A stretch of 31,736 bases of DNA from Actinomycetota bacterium (lineage in GTDB: Bacteria > Actinomycetota > UBA4738 > HRBIN12), in the NCBI GenBank assembly GCA_004366195.1, contig SIRV01000046.1:1-31736 (forward strand), given 5' to 3'. Below are positions 1-10,935 of this stretch, piece after piece. Below the pieces are notes generated by a model, which did no database searches, was not told where the DNA came from, and worked only from the letters and a program-made list of their open reading frames with translations. Numbering within the stretch: position 1 is the stretch's first letter; every line of letters starts with the position of its first letter. The translations under genes and the position numbers were made by a program.

Positions 1-1
1 C

Positions 2-1069
2 TACTACGGCGGGTGCGCCTACGTGGACGTGGTGGAGACCCTCGCCGTGGAGCGCGCGAAGGCCCTGTTCGGGGCGGAGCACGCGAACGCCCAGCCCCAC
101 GCCGGGGCCCAGGCGAACATGGCCGTGTTCGGCGCCTTCCTCGAGCCGCGGTCGGACGACGCGGTCCTCGGGCTCGCGCTCCCCCACGGGGGGCACCTCA
201 CCCACGGCTCGCCGGTGAACGTGTCGGGGATGTGGTTCCGGTTCGTCGCCTACGAGGTGGACCCCAAGACCGAGCAGCTCGACATGGACCGGATCCGGGA
301 CCTCGCCCGGCAGCACCGCCCCAAGATCGTGCTCGCCGGCTACACCGCCTACCCCCGGACCATCGACTTCGCCGCGTTCCGCGAGATCGCGGACGAGGTC
401 GGCGCGCTGCTCTGGGTCGACGCCTCGCACTTCATCGGCCTGGTGGCGGGGGGCGTGTACCCGAGCCCGGTCCCGTACGCGGACGTCGTTACCTTCACGA
501 CCCACAAGACCCTCCGCGGGCCGCGCGGGGCGATGATCCTCTGCCGCGAGGAGCACGCCAAGGCCATCGACAAGGCCGTGTTCCCCATGATGCAGGGCGG
601 CCCCATCGAGAACGCCATCGCCGCGAAGGCGGTGGCCCTCAAGGAGGCCTCGACCCCGGCGTTCCGCGAGTACGCCGAACGCACCGTGCGGACGGCTCGG
701 GCGCTCGCGACCGCCCTCGCCGAGGAGGGTCTGCGGATCGTCTCCGGCGGGACGGACTCGCACCTCGCCCTGGCCGACCTCCGCCCCCTCGGCGTCGGTG
801 GGCGCGAGGCGGAGGCCGTCTGCGACGACGTCGGGATCTCGCTGAACAAGAACAGCATCCCCTTCGACCCCATGCCGCCGCTCGACCCCTCGGGGATCCG
901 GGTCGGCACCCCCGGTCCGGCCACCCTGGGGATGGACGAGGCGGAGATGAAGGAGATCGGGAGCATCATCGGGGAGGTCCTTCGCCATCCGAGGGACGAG
1001 GCCGTGCGCGCGAGCTGTCGCGAGCGGGTCGCCGCCCTCGCCGCGCGGTTCCCCGCCTACCCCGACTGA
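2..1069 (+). CDS. glyA: Serine hydroxymethyltransferase (5'-truncated by the window edge)
   Basis: Frame is open from base 2 ([12 protein letters not shown]...). It has the SHMT motifs [18 protein letters not shown], the PLP-lysine motif [11 protein letters not shown], and SGIRVGT. Confidence 0.97.
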   Translation, partial: YYGGCAYVDVVETLAVERAKALFGAEHANAQPHAGAQANMAVFGAFLEPRSDDAVLGLALPHGGHLTHGSPVNVSGMWFRFVAYEVDPKTEQLDMDRIRDLARQHRPKIVLAGYTAYPRTIDFAAFREIADEVGALLWVDASHFIGLVAGGVYPSPVPYADVVTFTTHKTLRGPRGAMILCREEHAKAIDKAVFPMMQGGPIENAIAAKAVALKEASTPAFREYAERTVRTARALATALAEEGLRIVSGGTDSHLALADLRPLGVGGREAEAVCDDVGISLNKNSIPFDPMPPLDPSGIRVGTPGPATLGMDEAEMKEIGSIIGEVLRHPRDEAVRASCRERVAALAARFPAYPD

Positions 1070-1077
1070 ACCCGGGG

Positions 1078-1083
1078 TACCAT
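1078..1083 (+). promoter_or_regulatory. Candidate -10 box (TACCAT) of a leaderless wecA transcript
   Basis: A TANNNT hexamer ends 7 nt before the GTG at 1091, with no Shine-Dalgarno in between. Confidence 0.55.
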
Positions 1084-1090
1084 CGGGGGC

Positions 1091-2302
1091 GTGCTGCCGT
1101 ACCTGGTGGTCTTCGGGGTCAGCGCCGGGGTGACGTTCCTCGCGACCCCGCCGGTGCGGCGGCTGGCCGTGCGTCTCGGGTGGGTGGACCGGCCCTCGGA
1201 CCGCAAGGTCCACCCGAGGCCGACCCCCACGGCCGGCGGCCTCGCCATGTTCCTCGGGACGGCGGCGGCGCTCGGGGTGGCCGGCGCGCTCCCCGCGCTG
1301 GAACCGTTGCGCCGGGCGAGCTCGGAGCTCGAGGCCACCGCCCTGGCCGCCCTGGTCGTGGTGCTCGTGGGCCTGGTGGACGACGTTCGGGGGCTGTCCG
1401 CCGCGGGGAAGCTCGCCGGGCAGGTGCTCGCCGCGGGCCTCTTGGTCCTGGCCGGGGTGCAGCTCCTCTACTTCTACTTCCCCGGGCAGGGGGTGCTGTC
1501 GCTCTCCCCGGACCTCGCGGTGCCGCTCACGGTGCTCTGGGTGACGGCGATGGTGAACGCGGTGAACCTGATCGATGGACTGGACGGCCTGGCCGCCGGG
1601 ATGGTGGCGATCGGCGCGGTGTCCTTCTTCACGTACCTGGTCTTCGGGCCGACGGCCGGCGCCGAGCCCTCGAGCGCAGCCGTCCTGTCGGCCATCGCCG
1701 CGGGGGCCGCGCTCGGGTTCCTGCCCTGGAACACGCATCCGGCCCGGATCTTCATGGGGGACACCGGCTCCGGGCTGCTCGGGGTCCTCATGGCCGCGGC
1801 GACGATCGCCGGCGTCGGCCGGAACCCCTTCGGGCCCTCCGGCGGGGACGTGGCGGCGATCGCCATCCCCGTCGCCCTGCCCCTGCTCGTGCTGGCCATC
1901 CCCTTCCTCGACGTCCTGCTCGCCGTGGTCCGGCGGATGCGCCGGGGGATCGGCATCCACCACGCCGACAAGGACCACATCCACCATCGGCTGATGGACA
2001 TCGGGCACTCGCACCGCCAGGCCGTGCTGCTCATGTACCTGTGGAGCGCGCTCATCTCGGGGTGCGCGCTGGCCGTGGCCTTCATCGACGGCCGGGTGCT
2101 CGTGCTGGCGATCGTCGCCACGGCGGCCCTGCTCGCTGCCGTCCTCCCGAGGCTGTTGCGCGATCGGGCACCGCGGGGCAGCGACCTGCCGGTGCCCCGG
2201 AGCGGGGAGCGCGCGTCGGTCGATCGGCAGGCGCCGCAAGCAGAAGGGGCCGAGCCGGTGCCCCGATCGGGCGCCGCGAGAGGCGGGACCGCCGCGGGGT
2301 GA
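1091..2302 (+). CDS. wecA: Polyprenyl-phosphate GlcNAc-1-phosphate transferase (WecA/TagO/Rfe; glycosyltransferase family 4)
   Basis: Polytopic membrane protein with VDD, NAVNLIDGLDGLA, FMGDTGS and DKDHIHHRL. The HIHH motif is typical of WecA rather than MraY. It follows glyA, as in the usual actinobacterial order. Confidence 0.88.
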   Translation: MLPYLVVFGVSAGVTFLATPPVRRLAVRLGWVDRPSDRKVHPRPTPTAGGLAMFLGTAAALGVAGALPALEPLRRASSELEATALAALVVVLVGLVDDVRGLSAAGKLAGQVLAAGLLVLAGVQLLYFYFPGQGVLSLSPDLAVPLTVLWVTAMVNAVNLIDGLDGLAAGMVAIGAVSFFTYLVFGPTAGAEPSSAAVLSAIAAGAALGFLPWNTHPARIFMGDTGSGLLGVLMAAATIAGVGRNPFGPSGGDVAAIAIPVALPLLVLAIPFLDVLLAVVRRMRRGIGIHHADKDHIHHRLMDIGHSHRQAVLLMYLWSALISGCALAVAFIDGRVLVLAIVATAALLAAVLPRLLRDRAPRGSDLPVPRSGERASVDRQAPQAEGAEPVPRSGAARGGTAAG

Positions 2303-2454
2303 GGGCCTCCTGGGGATCCGCCGTCCGGCACCTTGTCCGAGAGCCGCCCATCTCGTACCGTACTCCAGCCCGTACAAGTGAACGGGCGGGCCCACTGCCT
2401 GCGGGAGGTCGCCTCCGGGGTCCGGCTCGGGTGATGATGCGGCGCCCTGTGGGG

Positions 2455-2479
2455 CATAATCCCGCCTGAACGACGTTCA
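2455..2479 (+). promoter_or_regulatory. Candidate -10 box (CATAAT, 2455-2460) plus palindromic operator TGAACG-A-CGTTCA (2467-2479)
   Basis: Both elements are seen directly upstream of the potA ribosome-binding site (GAAGGGG). The perfect 6-1-6 inverted repeat lies at the expected transcription start. Confidence 0.5.
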
Positions 2480-2495
2480 AACGAAGGGGTTCCAG

Positions 2496-3620
2496 GTGCC
2501 GGAAGTCGACGTTCGGCTCGACCGGGTGACGAAGGACTTCGGGGAGACCGTCGCGGTGGACGACGTCTCCCTCGACATCCCCGAGGGGGAGTTCTTCAGC
2601 CTGCTCGGGCCCTCGGGCTGCGGGAAGACCACGACGCTGCGGATGATCGGCGGGTTCGAGGAGCCGACCCGCGGCACGATCTACCTGAAGGGTCGGGATG
2701 TGACGGACCTCCCGCCCTACAAGCGGGACGTGAACACCGTCTTCCAGTCCTACGCGCTGTTCCCCCACCTCAACGTGTACGAGAACATCGCGTTCGGGCT
2801 GCGGCGGCGGAAGGTCCCCAAGGACGAGATCGACCAGCGGGTCAAGGAGGTCATGAAGCTCGTCGATCTCGTCGGGTTCGAGAAGCGGCGGCCCTCCCAG
2901 ATGTCGGGGGGTCAGCAGCAGCGGGTGGCGCTCGCACGGGCCCTGGTGAACCGCCCGAAGGTCCTCCTGCTCGACGAGCCCCTCGGCGCGCTCGACCTGA
3001 AGCTGCGGAAGCAGATGCAGCTCGAGCTGAAGCGGATCCAGTCCGAGGTCGGCATCACGTTCATCTACGTGACGCACGACCAGGAGGAGGCCATGACGAT
3101 GTCCGACCGCCTGGCGGTCATGCGGGCGGGGAAGATCGAGCAGATCGGGCCGCCGGAGGAGGTCTACGAGAACCCCCAGACGGAGTTCGTCGCCAGCTTC
3201 CTCGGCGCGTCCAACCTGCTCGAGGGCGAGCTCAAGGAGTCGGCGAACGGGGTCGCCACGGTCCTCGCCATCGGGGGCACGGTGGTCCACCTCCCCGCGG
3301 AACGGGCGCCGTTCCGCGTGGGGACGCGGGTGAAGGTCGGGGTGCGGCCAGAGAAGGTCCACATCGCCGTGGACGACGGCACGGAGCCACCGCCTGGCTT
3401 CAACAGCGTGACGGGCATCCTGCGCATGTCCACCTACATCGGCGTGAGCCACCAGTACAAGGTCGAGGGTCCGGGCGGCCACACCCTCACGGTGTGGGTG
3501 CAGAACCTGGGCGATACGCCGCCGCCCCACCCCGGCGACCGGGTGCGGCTCGCGTGGCGTTGGGAGCACACCTTCGCCGTGCTCCCGCAGGAGGGGCTGG
3601 TCCTGGAGGAGGAGGAGTAG
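2496..3620 (+). CDS. potA: Polyamine ABC transporter ATP-binding subunit
   Basis: Walker [24 protein letters not shown], signature [15 protein letters not shown], Walker [12 protein letters not shown], and a C-terminal TOBE-like region. Confidence 0.93.
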   Translation: MPEVDVRLDRVTKDFGETVAVDDVSLDIPEGEFFSLLGPSGCGKTTTLRMIGGFEEPTRGTIYLKGRDVTDLPPYKRDVNTVFQSYALFPHLNVYENIAFGLRRRKVPKDEIDQRVKEVMKLVDLVGFEKRRPSQMSGGQQQRVALARALVNRPKVLLLDEPLGALDLKLRKQMQLELKRIQSEVGITFIYVTHDQEEAMTMSDRLAVMRAGKIEQIGPPEEVYENPQTEFVASFLGASNLLEGELKESANGVATVLAIGGTVVHLPAERAPFRVGTRVKVGVRPEKVHIAVDDGTEPPPGFNSVTGILRMSTYIGVSHQYKVEGPGGHTLTVWVQNLGDTPPPHPGDRVRLAWRWEHTFAVLPQEGLVLEEEE

Positions 3621-4931
3621 ATGAGCGAGCGCGAGGAGCGTGCCCGGGTCGACGGGATGCTGCAAGAGGCCCTGCGAGCTCGGCTGTCCCGCCGGTCGGT
3701 GCTCCGGGGCGCCGGGGTGGGGGCGGCCGGGCTGAGCCTGTCCTCCCTCCTGGCGGCCTGCGGGGGCGGTGGCCCGGGTGGAGAGGACGGCGAGGGCAAG
3801 CCGAACCCGTCCGAGATCTTCGGCCAGGAGCCGGGTCCCGTCGTGAACTTCGCCAACTGGCCGCTCTACCTGGACCAGGCGAAGGATAAGGAGGGGAACG
3901 TCTACTACCCCTCGCTGAAGCTCTTCACCAAGAAGACCGGGATCGAGGTCAACTACGAGACCGTGATCCAGTCCAACGAGGAGTTCTTCGGCAAGATCCA
4001 GCCCCAGCTCGCGGCGGGCGACCCCACCGGGTGGGACATCATCGTCATCACGAACGGACGGCAGTTCAACATCCTGAAGGCGAACGGCTGGGTCTACGAG
4101 CTCGACCCCACGCGCCGCCCGAACTTCGAGGCCAACGCGACGCCGTTCGCCCGGGACCCGGCCTACGACCCGGGCAACAAGGTCTCGATGCCCTGGCAGG
4201 GAGGCTTCACCGGCATCTGGTACGACGTGAACAAGACGAACGGGCCCATCACGAAGCTCGACGACCTGGCCAACCCCGACAAGGTCGGGCGGAACAGCGT
4301 GGGGATGCTCACGGCGGACATGCCGGACTTCGTGATGATCAACCTCGGCATCGACCCCGCGACCTCCGGGCCGGAGGAGTGGAAGGAGGCCGCGAAGTGG
4401 CTCATGATGCAGCGTGAGTCCGGCACGGTTCGCCAGTACTACGACCAGGGCTACGTGGACGACATGACGGCGGGGAACCTGACGGCCGGGATGGGCTGGT
4501 CGGGGGACGTCGTCTACTACAAGCTCTGGGCCGGGTACTCCAACCTGGAGTTCGTCGTCCCGCAGCCGGGGGAGGGCGGTCTGCTTCTCTGGCAGGACAA
4601 CATGATGGTGCCGGTCGGCGCGGAGAACCCCGCCGGGGCCCTCATGGTGATGGACTGGTATTACCAGCCGAAGATCGCGGCCATGGTGACGGAGTGGGTC
4701 CTGTACCTCTCGCCCTGCAAGGGGGTCCGCGAGGTGATCCTGAAGGACGCCGAGCAGGCGCTGGAGGACGGGTACAAGGGCTACGCGAACAAGCTCTACC
4801 AGACGGCCGAGGCCGAGGTCGCGTTCCCGAGCGACGAGACCCTGAACCTGGCCAAGTTCGGGACGAACATCACCACCGACGAGCAGGCGCAGGAGTGGGA
4901 CGCCATCTTCCTGCCGATCTCCCAGCAGTAG
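3621..4931 (+). CDS. potD: Polyamine ABC transporter substrate-binding lipoprotein 1 (PotD/PotF family), Tat signal
   Basis: Tat motif SRRSVL and lipobox LAAC. PotD-like motifs NWPLYLD, WSGD and WQDNM. It lies between potA and the permeases. Confidence 0.85.
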   Translation: MSEREERARVDGMLQEALRARLSRRSVLRGAGVGAAGLSLSSLLAACGGGGPGGEDGEGKPNPSEIFGQEPGPVVNFANWPLYLDQAKDKEGNVYYPSLKLFTKKTGIEVNYETVIQSNEEFFGKIQPQLAAGDPTGWDIIVITNGRQFNILKANGWVYELDPTRRPNFEANATPFARDPAYDPGNKVSMPWQGGFTGIWYDVNKTNGPITKLDDLANPDKVGRNSVGMLTADMPDFVMINLGIDPATSGPEEWKEAAKWLMMQRESGTVRQYYDQGYVDDMTAGNLTAGMGWSGDVVYYKLWAGYSNLEFVVPQPGEGGLLLWQDNMMVPVGAENPAGALMVMDWYYQPKIAAMVTEWVLYLSPCKGVREVILKDAEQALEDGYKGYANKLYQTAEAEVAFPSDETLNLAKFGTNITTDEQAQEWDAIFLPISQQ

Positions 4932-4938
4932 CGGAACC

Positions 4939-5853
4939 GTGGCCACCGGGACCGAGGAACGGGTGAGCGCGGCTCCCGCGCGTCGCGGCGCCTACGCCCG
5001 GCACCGCCGGACGGTGCCCTACTGGCTGACGGCGCCCGCGGGCCTGTACCTCCTGGTGTTCCTGGTGCTGCCCATGGTGATCCTGGTGTACACGTCGCTC
5101 CAGAGCGGCGGGCTCTTCGGGGGCCTGCGGTTCTCGTGGGCCTGGGAGAACTACACGGACGGGATCCTGCAGTACAAGACCCAGTTCCTGCGCTCCATCG
5201 TCATCTCCGGGATCGTGACGGTGGCCTGTCTGCTCCTCGCGTATCCCATGACCTACTGGATCGCCTTCTACGGCCAGCGGTGGAAGTCCTCGATCCTCCT
5301 GCTGATCCTGGTCCCGTTCTTCGTGTCCTTCGTCATCAGGACCGTTCAGTGGCGGTTCATGCTCGGCGACAATGGGCTGATCTTCGGGCCGCTCAAGTCC
5401 CTGGGGCTCCTGCCCCAGGGGTTCCGCGTCCTCGCGACACCGTTCGCCGTGGTCGCCGGGATCACGTACAACTACCTGCCGTTCACGGCGCTGCCCCTCT
5501 ACGTGGCGTTGGAGCGGATCGACAAGAGCCTCGTGGAGGCGGCGAAGGATCTGTACGCCTCGAAGTGGCAGGCGTTCCGCCGGGTCGTCTGGCCGCTCTC
5601 GCTGCCGGGTGTGTTCGCGGCGTTCCTGCTCACCTTCGTGCCGGCCACCGGCGACTACGTGAACGCGGCCGTCCTCGGTGGCCCCGGGACGCGGATGATC
5701 GGGAACATCATCCAGGAGACGTTCCTGCACTCGGTGAACTACCCGCTCGCGGCGGCCCTCTCCGTGGTCCTCATGGTGGCGATGCTGATCCTGGCCTCGA
5801 TCTACGCGCGGGTCCTGGGGACCGAGGACGAGACCCTCACGGCGGCGATCTGA
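4939..5853 (+). CDS. potB: Polyamine ABC transporter permease
   Basis: Six-TM-type permease with an EAA motif (SLVEAAKDLYAS), ATGDYVNAAVLGG and NYPLAAALS. Confidence 0.9.
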   Translation: MATGTEERVSAAPARRGAYARHRRTVPYWLTAPAGLYLLVFLVLPMVILVYTSLQSGGLFGGLRFSWAWENYTDGILQYKTQFLRSIVISGIVTVACLLLAYPMTYWIAFYGQRWKSSILLLILVPFFVSFVIRTVQWRFMLGDNGLIFGPLKSLGLLPQGFRVLATPFAVVAGITYNYLPFTALPLYVALERIDKSLVEAAKDLYASKWQAFRRVVWPLSLPGVFAAFLLTFVPATGDYVNAAVLGGPGTRMIGNIIQETFLHSVNYPLAAALSVVLMVAMLILASIYARVLGTEDETLTAAI

Positions 5854-5854
5854 C

Positions 5855-6739
5855 ATGGGCGCGACGACGTTGACCACACGGGCCGACGAGACCGGTCTCG
5901 CGCCGCTCCACCGGCCGAACAAGCGGTGGACCCGGTTCATCCTGCCCGGGTTCACCTGGCTCATGATCGTGTACCTGGCGTCCCCGATCTTCGTGATGAT
6001 CCTGTACTCGTTCAACGACGTCCCCGTGGTCCCCGTGAAACAGACGCCGAAGTTCTGGGGCTTCACGCTGCGGTGGTGGCGGGATCCGTTCGGCGTTCCG
6101 GGGATGCCGGAGGCGGTCCGCCTCTCGCTGGAGATCGCGCCGCTGTCGGCGCTGGTGGCGACGACGCTCGGAGCCCTGCTCGGGCTGGCGCTCGGGCGGT
6201 ATCGGTTCCGAGGCAAGGGGCCGATGAACTTCCTGATCTTCATCGCCATCGCGGTGCCGGAGATCGTGCTGGGCTCCTCGCTCCTGTCCCTGTTCATCAC
6301 GTGGCCGGACGTGCCGGTCCTCGGGTCGTTCGCGCCCGGGCTGGGGTTCACCACCATCCTCCTTTCCCACATCGGCTTCAGCGTCGCGTTCGTGGCGGTG
6401 ACGGTCCGGGCCCGGGTGCAGACCCTGGATCGCTCGCTGGAGGACGCGGCGCAGGACCTGTTCGCCGACCCCGTGACGACCTTCTTCAAGGTGACGCTGC
6501 CGCTCATCGCGCCGTCCATCCTGGCGGGGTTCCTGCTCGCCTTCGTGCTGTCGCTCGACGACTTCGTGATCACGAACTTCGTCTCCGGGGCCAGCGCGAC
6601 CTTCCCCATCTTCGTGTACGGGGCAACCCGGATCGGCCTTCCGCCGCACGTGAACGTGATCGGAACCATGCTGTTCGCCGCAGGGGTGCTGGCGGCGGTG
6701 GCGAACCTCGCGATCCAGAGCTGGCGCGCTCGGAGATGA
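5855..6739 (+). CDS. potC: Polyamine ABC transporter permease
   Basis: PIFVMILYSFN, an EAA-like motif (SLEDAAQDL), FVLSLDDFVITNF and TFPIFVY, typical of PotC. Confidence 0.9.
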   Translation: MGATTLTTRADETGLAPLHRPNKRWTRFILPGFTWLMIVYLASPIFVMILYSFNDVPVVPVKQTPKFWGFTLRWWRDPFGVPGMPEAVRLSLEIAPLSALVATTLGALLGLALGRYRFRGKGPMNFLIFIAIAVPEIVLGSSLLSLFITWPDVPVLGSFAPGLGFTTILLSHIGFSVAFVAVTVRARVQTLDRSLEDAAQDLFADPVTTFFKVTLPLIAPSILAGFLLAFVLSLDDFVITNFVSGASATFPIFVYGATRIGLPPHVNVIGTMLFAAGVLAAVANLAIQSWRARR

Positions 6740-7953
6740 GCATCCGGCTGTCCCGCCGCGACCTCCTCCGTCGGGCGGGCGCCGGCGTCGCGGCCATCGC
6801 CCTCGGCGGGGTCGCGGCCGCGTGCGGGAGGCGGGAGTCGGGGGCGCGGGAGCCCTCGTTCCGGGATCCGCCGTCGGGGGTCCTGAACTTCGCGAACTGG
6901 CCGCTCTACATCGACATGGAGCGACGCAAGGATGGCTCCCGGTACAGCCCCTCGCTCGTCGCCTTCGAGGCCGAGACCGGCATCCACGTGAACTACCGGG
7001 AGGTGATCCGGGAGAGCGACTGGTTCTACCAGCGGATCGAGCCGTACCTCGCGGCCGGGCTGCCGACCGGCTGGGACCTCATGGTGATCACCAACGGGCT
7101 CACGCTCACGAAGCTGAAGGAGCATGGGTACCTGGTCGAGCTCCCGGCGGACCTGCGGCCGAACTTCGACGCGTACGCGGGGGAGTTCGTGCGGGACCCC
7201 GCCTACGACCCCGGGAACCGGTACACGATGGCCTGGCAGTCGGGGATCACCGGCATCGCCTACGACCCCGAGGCGACCGGGGGGCCGATCACCTCGCTGC
7301 GGGCCCTCTTCGATCCGGCGTACCGGGGCAGGGTGGGGATGTTCGGCGACATCGTGGACATGCCGAACCTCGCCCTGCTGGCCCTCGGGGTCGCTCCGGA
7401 GACCTCGACGGAAGCGGACTGGCGTGCCGCGGCCGACCTCCTGATCGAGCAGCGCGACTCCGGCATCCTCGCCGGGTACTACCAGCAGACCTACATCGCC
7501 GCGCTCCGCCGTGGGGACCTCGCCATCACCATGGCCTGGTCGGGGGACATGTTCGCCGCCAAGTCGCTCGGCAAGATCCCCGACCGGATCGAGTTCGTGG
7601 TGCCGGAGGAGGGTGCGCTGCTCTGGACCGACAACATGTGCGTCCCGCAGGGGGCGCGACACCTCGCGGACGCGATCACGTTCATGGATTGGGTCTACCA
7701 GCCGGACGCGGCGGCGCAGATCGCCCAGTTCGTGAACTACATCACGCCCGTGCCCGAAGCGAGGCGGGTGCTGGAACGGATGGCCGATCGGGCCGAGGAC
7801 CCGGAGGAGGCCGAGCGCCTCCGGGGGGTCGCCGAGAGCGAGCTGGTCTTCCCCAGCGACACGAGCAACCTCCACACGTACCGGGAGCTCCCGACCGAGG
7901 ACGAGGCCGCCGCCTGGGAGTCGATCTTCCGGCCCATCTACGCGAGGGAGTGA
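6736..7953 (+). CDS. Polyamine ABC transporter substrate-binding lipoprotein 2 (paralog of 3621-4931), Tat signal
   Basis: The real start is the ATG at 6736 (ATGA overlap with the potC stop), inside the longer track ORF 5926-7953. Motifs: SRRDLL (Tat), AAAC (lipobox), NWPLYID, WSGD, WTDNM. Confidence 0.87.
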   Translation: MSIRLSRRDLLRRAGAGVAAIALGGVAAACGRRESGAREPSFRDPPSGVLNFANWPLYIDMERRKDGSRYSPSLVAFEAETGIHVNYREVIRESDWFYQRIEPYLAAGLPTGWDLMVITNGLTLTKLKEHGYLVELPADLRPNFDAYAGEFVRDPAYDPGNRYTMAWQSGITGIAYDPEATGGPITSLRALFDPAYRGRVGMFGDIVDMPNLALLALGVAPETSTEADWRAAADLLIEQRDSGILAGYYQQTYIAALRRGDLAITMAWSGDMFAAKSLGKIPDRIEFVVPEEGALLWTDNMCVPQGARHLADAITFMDWVYQPDAAAQIAQFVNYITPVPEARRVLERMADRAEDPEEAERLRGVAESELVFPSDTSNLHTYRELPTEDEAAAWESIFRPIYARE

Positions 7954-7967
7954 GCCGCGGCAGCCTC

Positions 7968-7998
7968 GAGGGCCTCGTGAATCCTTTCACGAGCTCTC
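7968..7998. promoter_or_regulatory. Inverted repeat CTCGTGAA-TCCT-TTCACGAG (7974-7993): Rex/CRP-like operator or terminator hairpin
   Basis: A perfect 8-4-8 repeat is seen directly. It can be extended as an RNA stem with one bulge and one G-U pair. Its function is ambiguous. Confidence 0.5.
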
Positions 7999-8049
7999 CG
8001 GCGGTGCGAGTAAACCGGTGTCTACCTGCGGAAATGCAACGAGCTCCCT

Positions 8050-8079
8050 TTGACGTCGCTCCGCGGCCGCGGCTATACT
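8050..8079 (+). promoter_or_regulatory. Housekeeping-sigma promoter of the atp operon: TTGACG-N18-TATACT
   Basis: Near-consensus -35 (8050-8055) and -10 (8074-8079), 10 nt before the ATG at 8090. Confidence 0.8.
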
Positions 8080-8089
8080 GCGCGGGCCC

Positions 8090-8285
8090 ATGGCCGGTGG
8101 ACTCGGGGAAGGTTGGAGCGGGGCCGGCGCGGCGTGGGCGATCACGGGGACGCTCATCTCGGGCCTCCTCGTCTGGGGTGGGGTCGGGTACCTCCTCGAC
8201 CGGTGGGCAGGGTTCCACTGGCTGTTCCTCCCGATCGGCCTGATCGTGGGGATGGGGGGCGCGATCGCCATCGTCTACCTGAGGT

Positions 8286-8302
<17 letters not shown>
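8090..8302 (+). CDS. AtpZ/AtpI-family small membrane protein (first gene of the atp operon)
   Basis: 70 aa with two hydrophobic helices and the pattern GxxxWGGVGYLLDRW...GLIVG, typical of this family. Confidence 0.8.
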
Positions 8303-9804
<1,502 letters not shown>

Positions 9805-9817
9805 GGGAGGGTCCGGG

Positions 9818-10375
9818 ATGCTGCACCTTCTGGTGCTCGCGGCGGAGGCCGTGGAGGCGGAGCAGAAGAACCCCATCCTCCCCGACGTCGCCGAGCTGAT
9901 CTACGGGGGCCTCGCCTTCGTGATCGTGTTCGCGGTGCTCTGGAAGTTCGCTTTCCCGGTCCTCGGCAGGATGCTCGAGGAGCGGACGGCCAAGATCCAG
10001 GCGGACCTCGAGGGGGCCGAGCGGGCGCGCACGGAGGCCGAGCGGGAGCTCGCCGAGTACCGGCGCCAGCTCGCCGGGGCGCGGGAGGAGGCCTCTCAGA
10101 TCATCGAGGAGGCGCGCCGGACGGCCGACCAGCTCCGGCGCGAGCTCCAGGCCCGCGCCGAGCAGGAGGCCCAGGGCATCGTGGCCCGGGCGCAGGAGGA
10201 GATCCGGGCCGAGCGCGACCGGGTGTTCCAGGAGCTCCGGGCGCAGGTCGGCGCGATCGCGGTCGAGCTCGCCGGCCGCGTCGTCGGTCGTAGTCTCGAC
10301 GCGGAGTCGCATCAGCGCCTGATCGAGGAGTACCTGGATCAGGTGGCGAGATCGGGGAACGGGAAGCGGGGTTGA
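9818..10375 (+). CDS. atpF: F0 subunit b
   Basis: RBS GGGAGG. N-terminal TM helix ending LWKFAFP, followed by a long charged coiled coil (LEERTAKIQADL...). Confidence 0.94.
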   Translation: MLHLLVLAAEAVEAEQKNPILPDVAELIYGGLAFVIVFAVLWKFAFPVLGRMLEERTAKIQADLEGAERARTEAERELAEYRRQLAGAREEASQIIEEARRTADQLRRELQARAEQEAQGIVARAQEEIRAERDRVFQELRAQVGAIAVELAGRVVGRSLDAESHQRLIEEYLDQVARSGNGKRG

Positions 10376-10376
10376 G

Positions 10377-10922
10377 GTGACGGACCGGGAGGCGCTGATC
10401 CGGGGCTACGCTGAGGCCCTGTATGCCGTGGCCGAGGCCGAGGGCGAGCTCGACATCGTGGAGGACGAGCTGTACGCGTTCGCCAAGGCCCTCGAGACCC
10501 ACGGGGACCTGCGCGAGGCCCTGCACGACCCGGCCCTGCCGGTCGAGAACAAGGAGGGGCTCGTCCGGGACCTCCTCGGCGGGCGGGCCAACCCCAACAC
10601 GCTGAACTCCATCCTGTTCCTCCTCCACCAGGGGCGGGCCCGCGATCTGGAGGCGATCCTCGAGGCGTTCTCGCGCGTGGCCGCCGAGCGACGGAACCGC
10701 CAGCTCGCCGAGGTCCGGAGCGCCGTGCCGCTCGACGCGACCCAGCAGGCGCGGCTGGCCGAGGCCCTCTCCCGCGCCACCGGGAAGGCGGTCGAGGTCA
10801 AGGTGGTCGTCGACCCCAGGGTGATCGGGGGGATCGTGGCGAAGGTCGGCGACGAGGTGTTCGACGGCACCGTGCGCACCCGCCTGGAGGAGGCGCGCGA
10901 TCGGCTGACGCGTTCAGCATGA
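10377..10922 (+). CDS. atpH: F1 subunit delta (short, unfused form)
   Basis: GYAEALY at the N-terminus, VRSAVPL, and [23 protein letters not shown]. Confidence 0.94.
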   Translation: MTDREALIRGYAEALYAVAEAEGELDIVEDELYAFAKALETHGDLREALHDPALPVENKEGLVRDLLGGRANPNTLNSILFLLHQGRARDLEAILEAFSRVAAERRNRQLAEVRSAVPLDATQQARLAEALSRATGKAVEVKVVVDPRVIGGIVAKVGDEVFDGTVRTRLEEARDRLTRSA

Positions 10923-10935
10923 CAGGAAGGCTGCG

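Noticed and set aside
2188-2265. 12-bp direct repeat GCCGGTGCCCCG (PVPRSG twice) in the wecA tail
   Set aside because: Only two copies in a low-complexity, probably disordered tail, with no array structure.
2303-2454. Possible ncRNA or riboswitch upstream of potA (small stems at 2368-2387 and 2404-2416; three CGTAC)
   Set aside because: The stems are short and expected at this GC content, I recognise no riboswitch core, and they lie upstream of the likely -10 box. A covariance-model search would be needed to exclude one fully.
13-2469. 818-aa plus-strand ORF overlapping glyA and wecA
   Set aside because: An Arg/Pro/Gly-rich off-frame shadow of two well-supported genes, expected at this GC content.
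2082-7875. Very long antisense ORFs (954 aa and 1001 aa) opposite the pot operon
   Set aside because: They are the stop-poor reverse frames of GC3-biased genes, have no recognisable motifs and fully overlap real genes.
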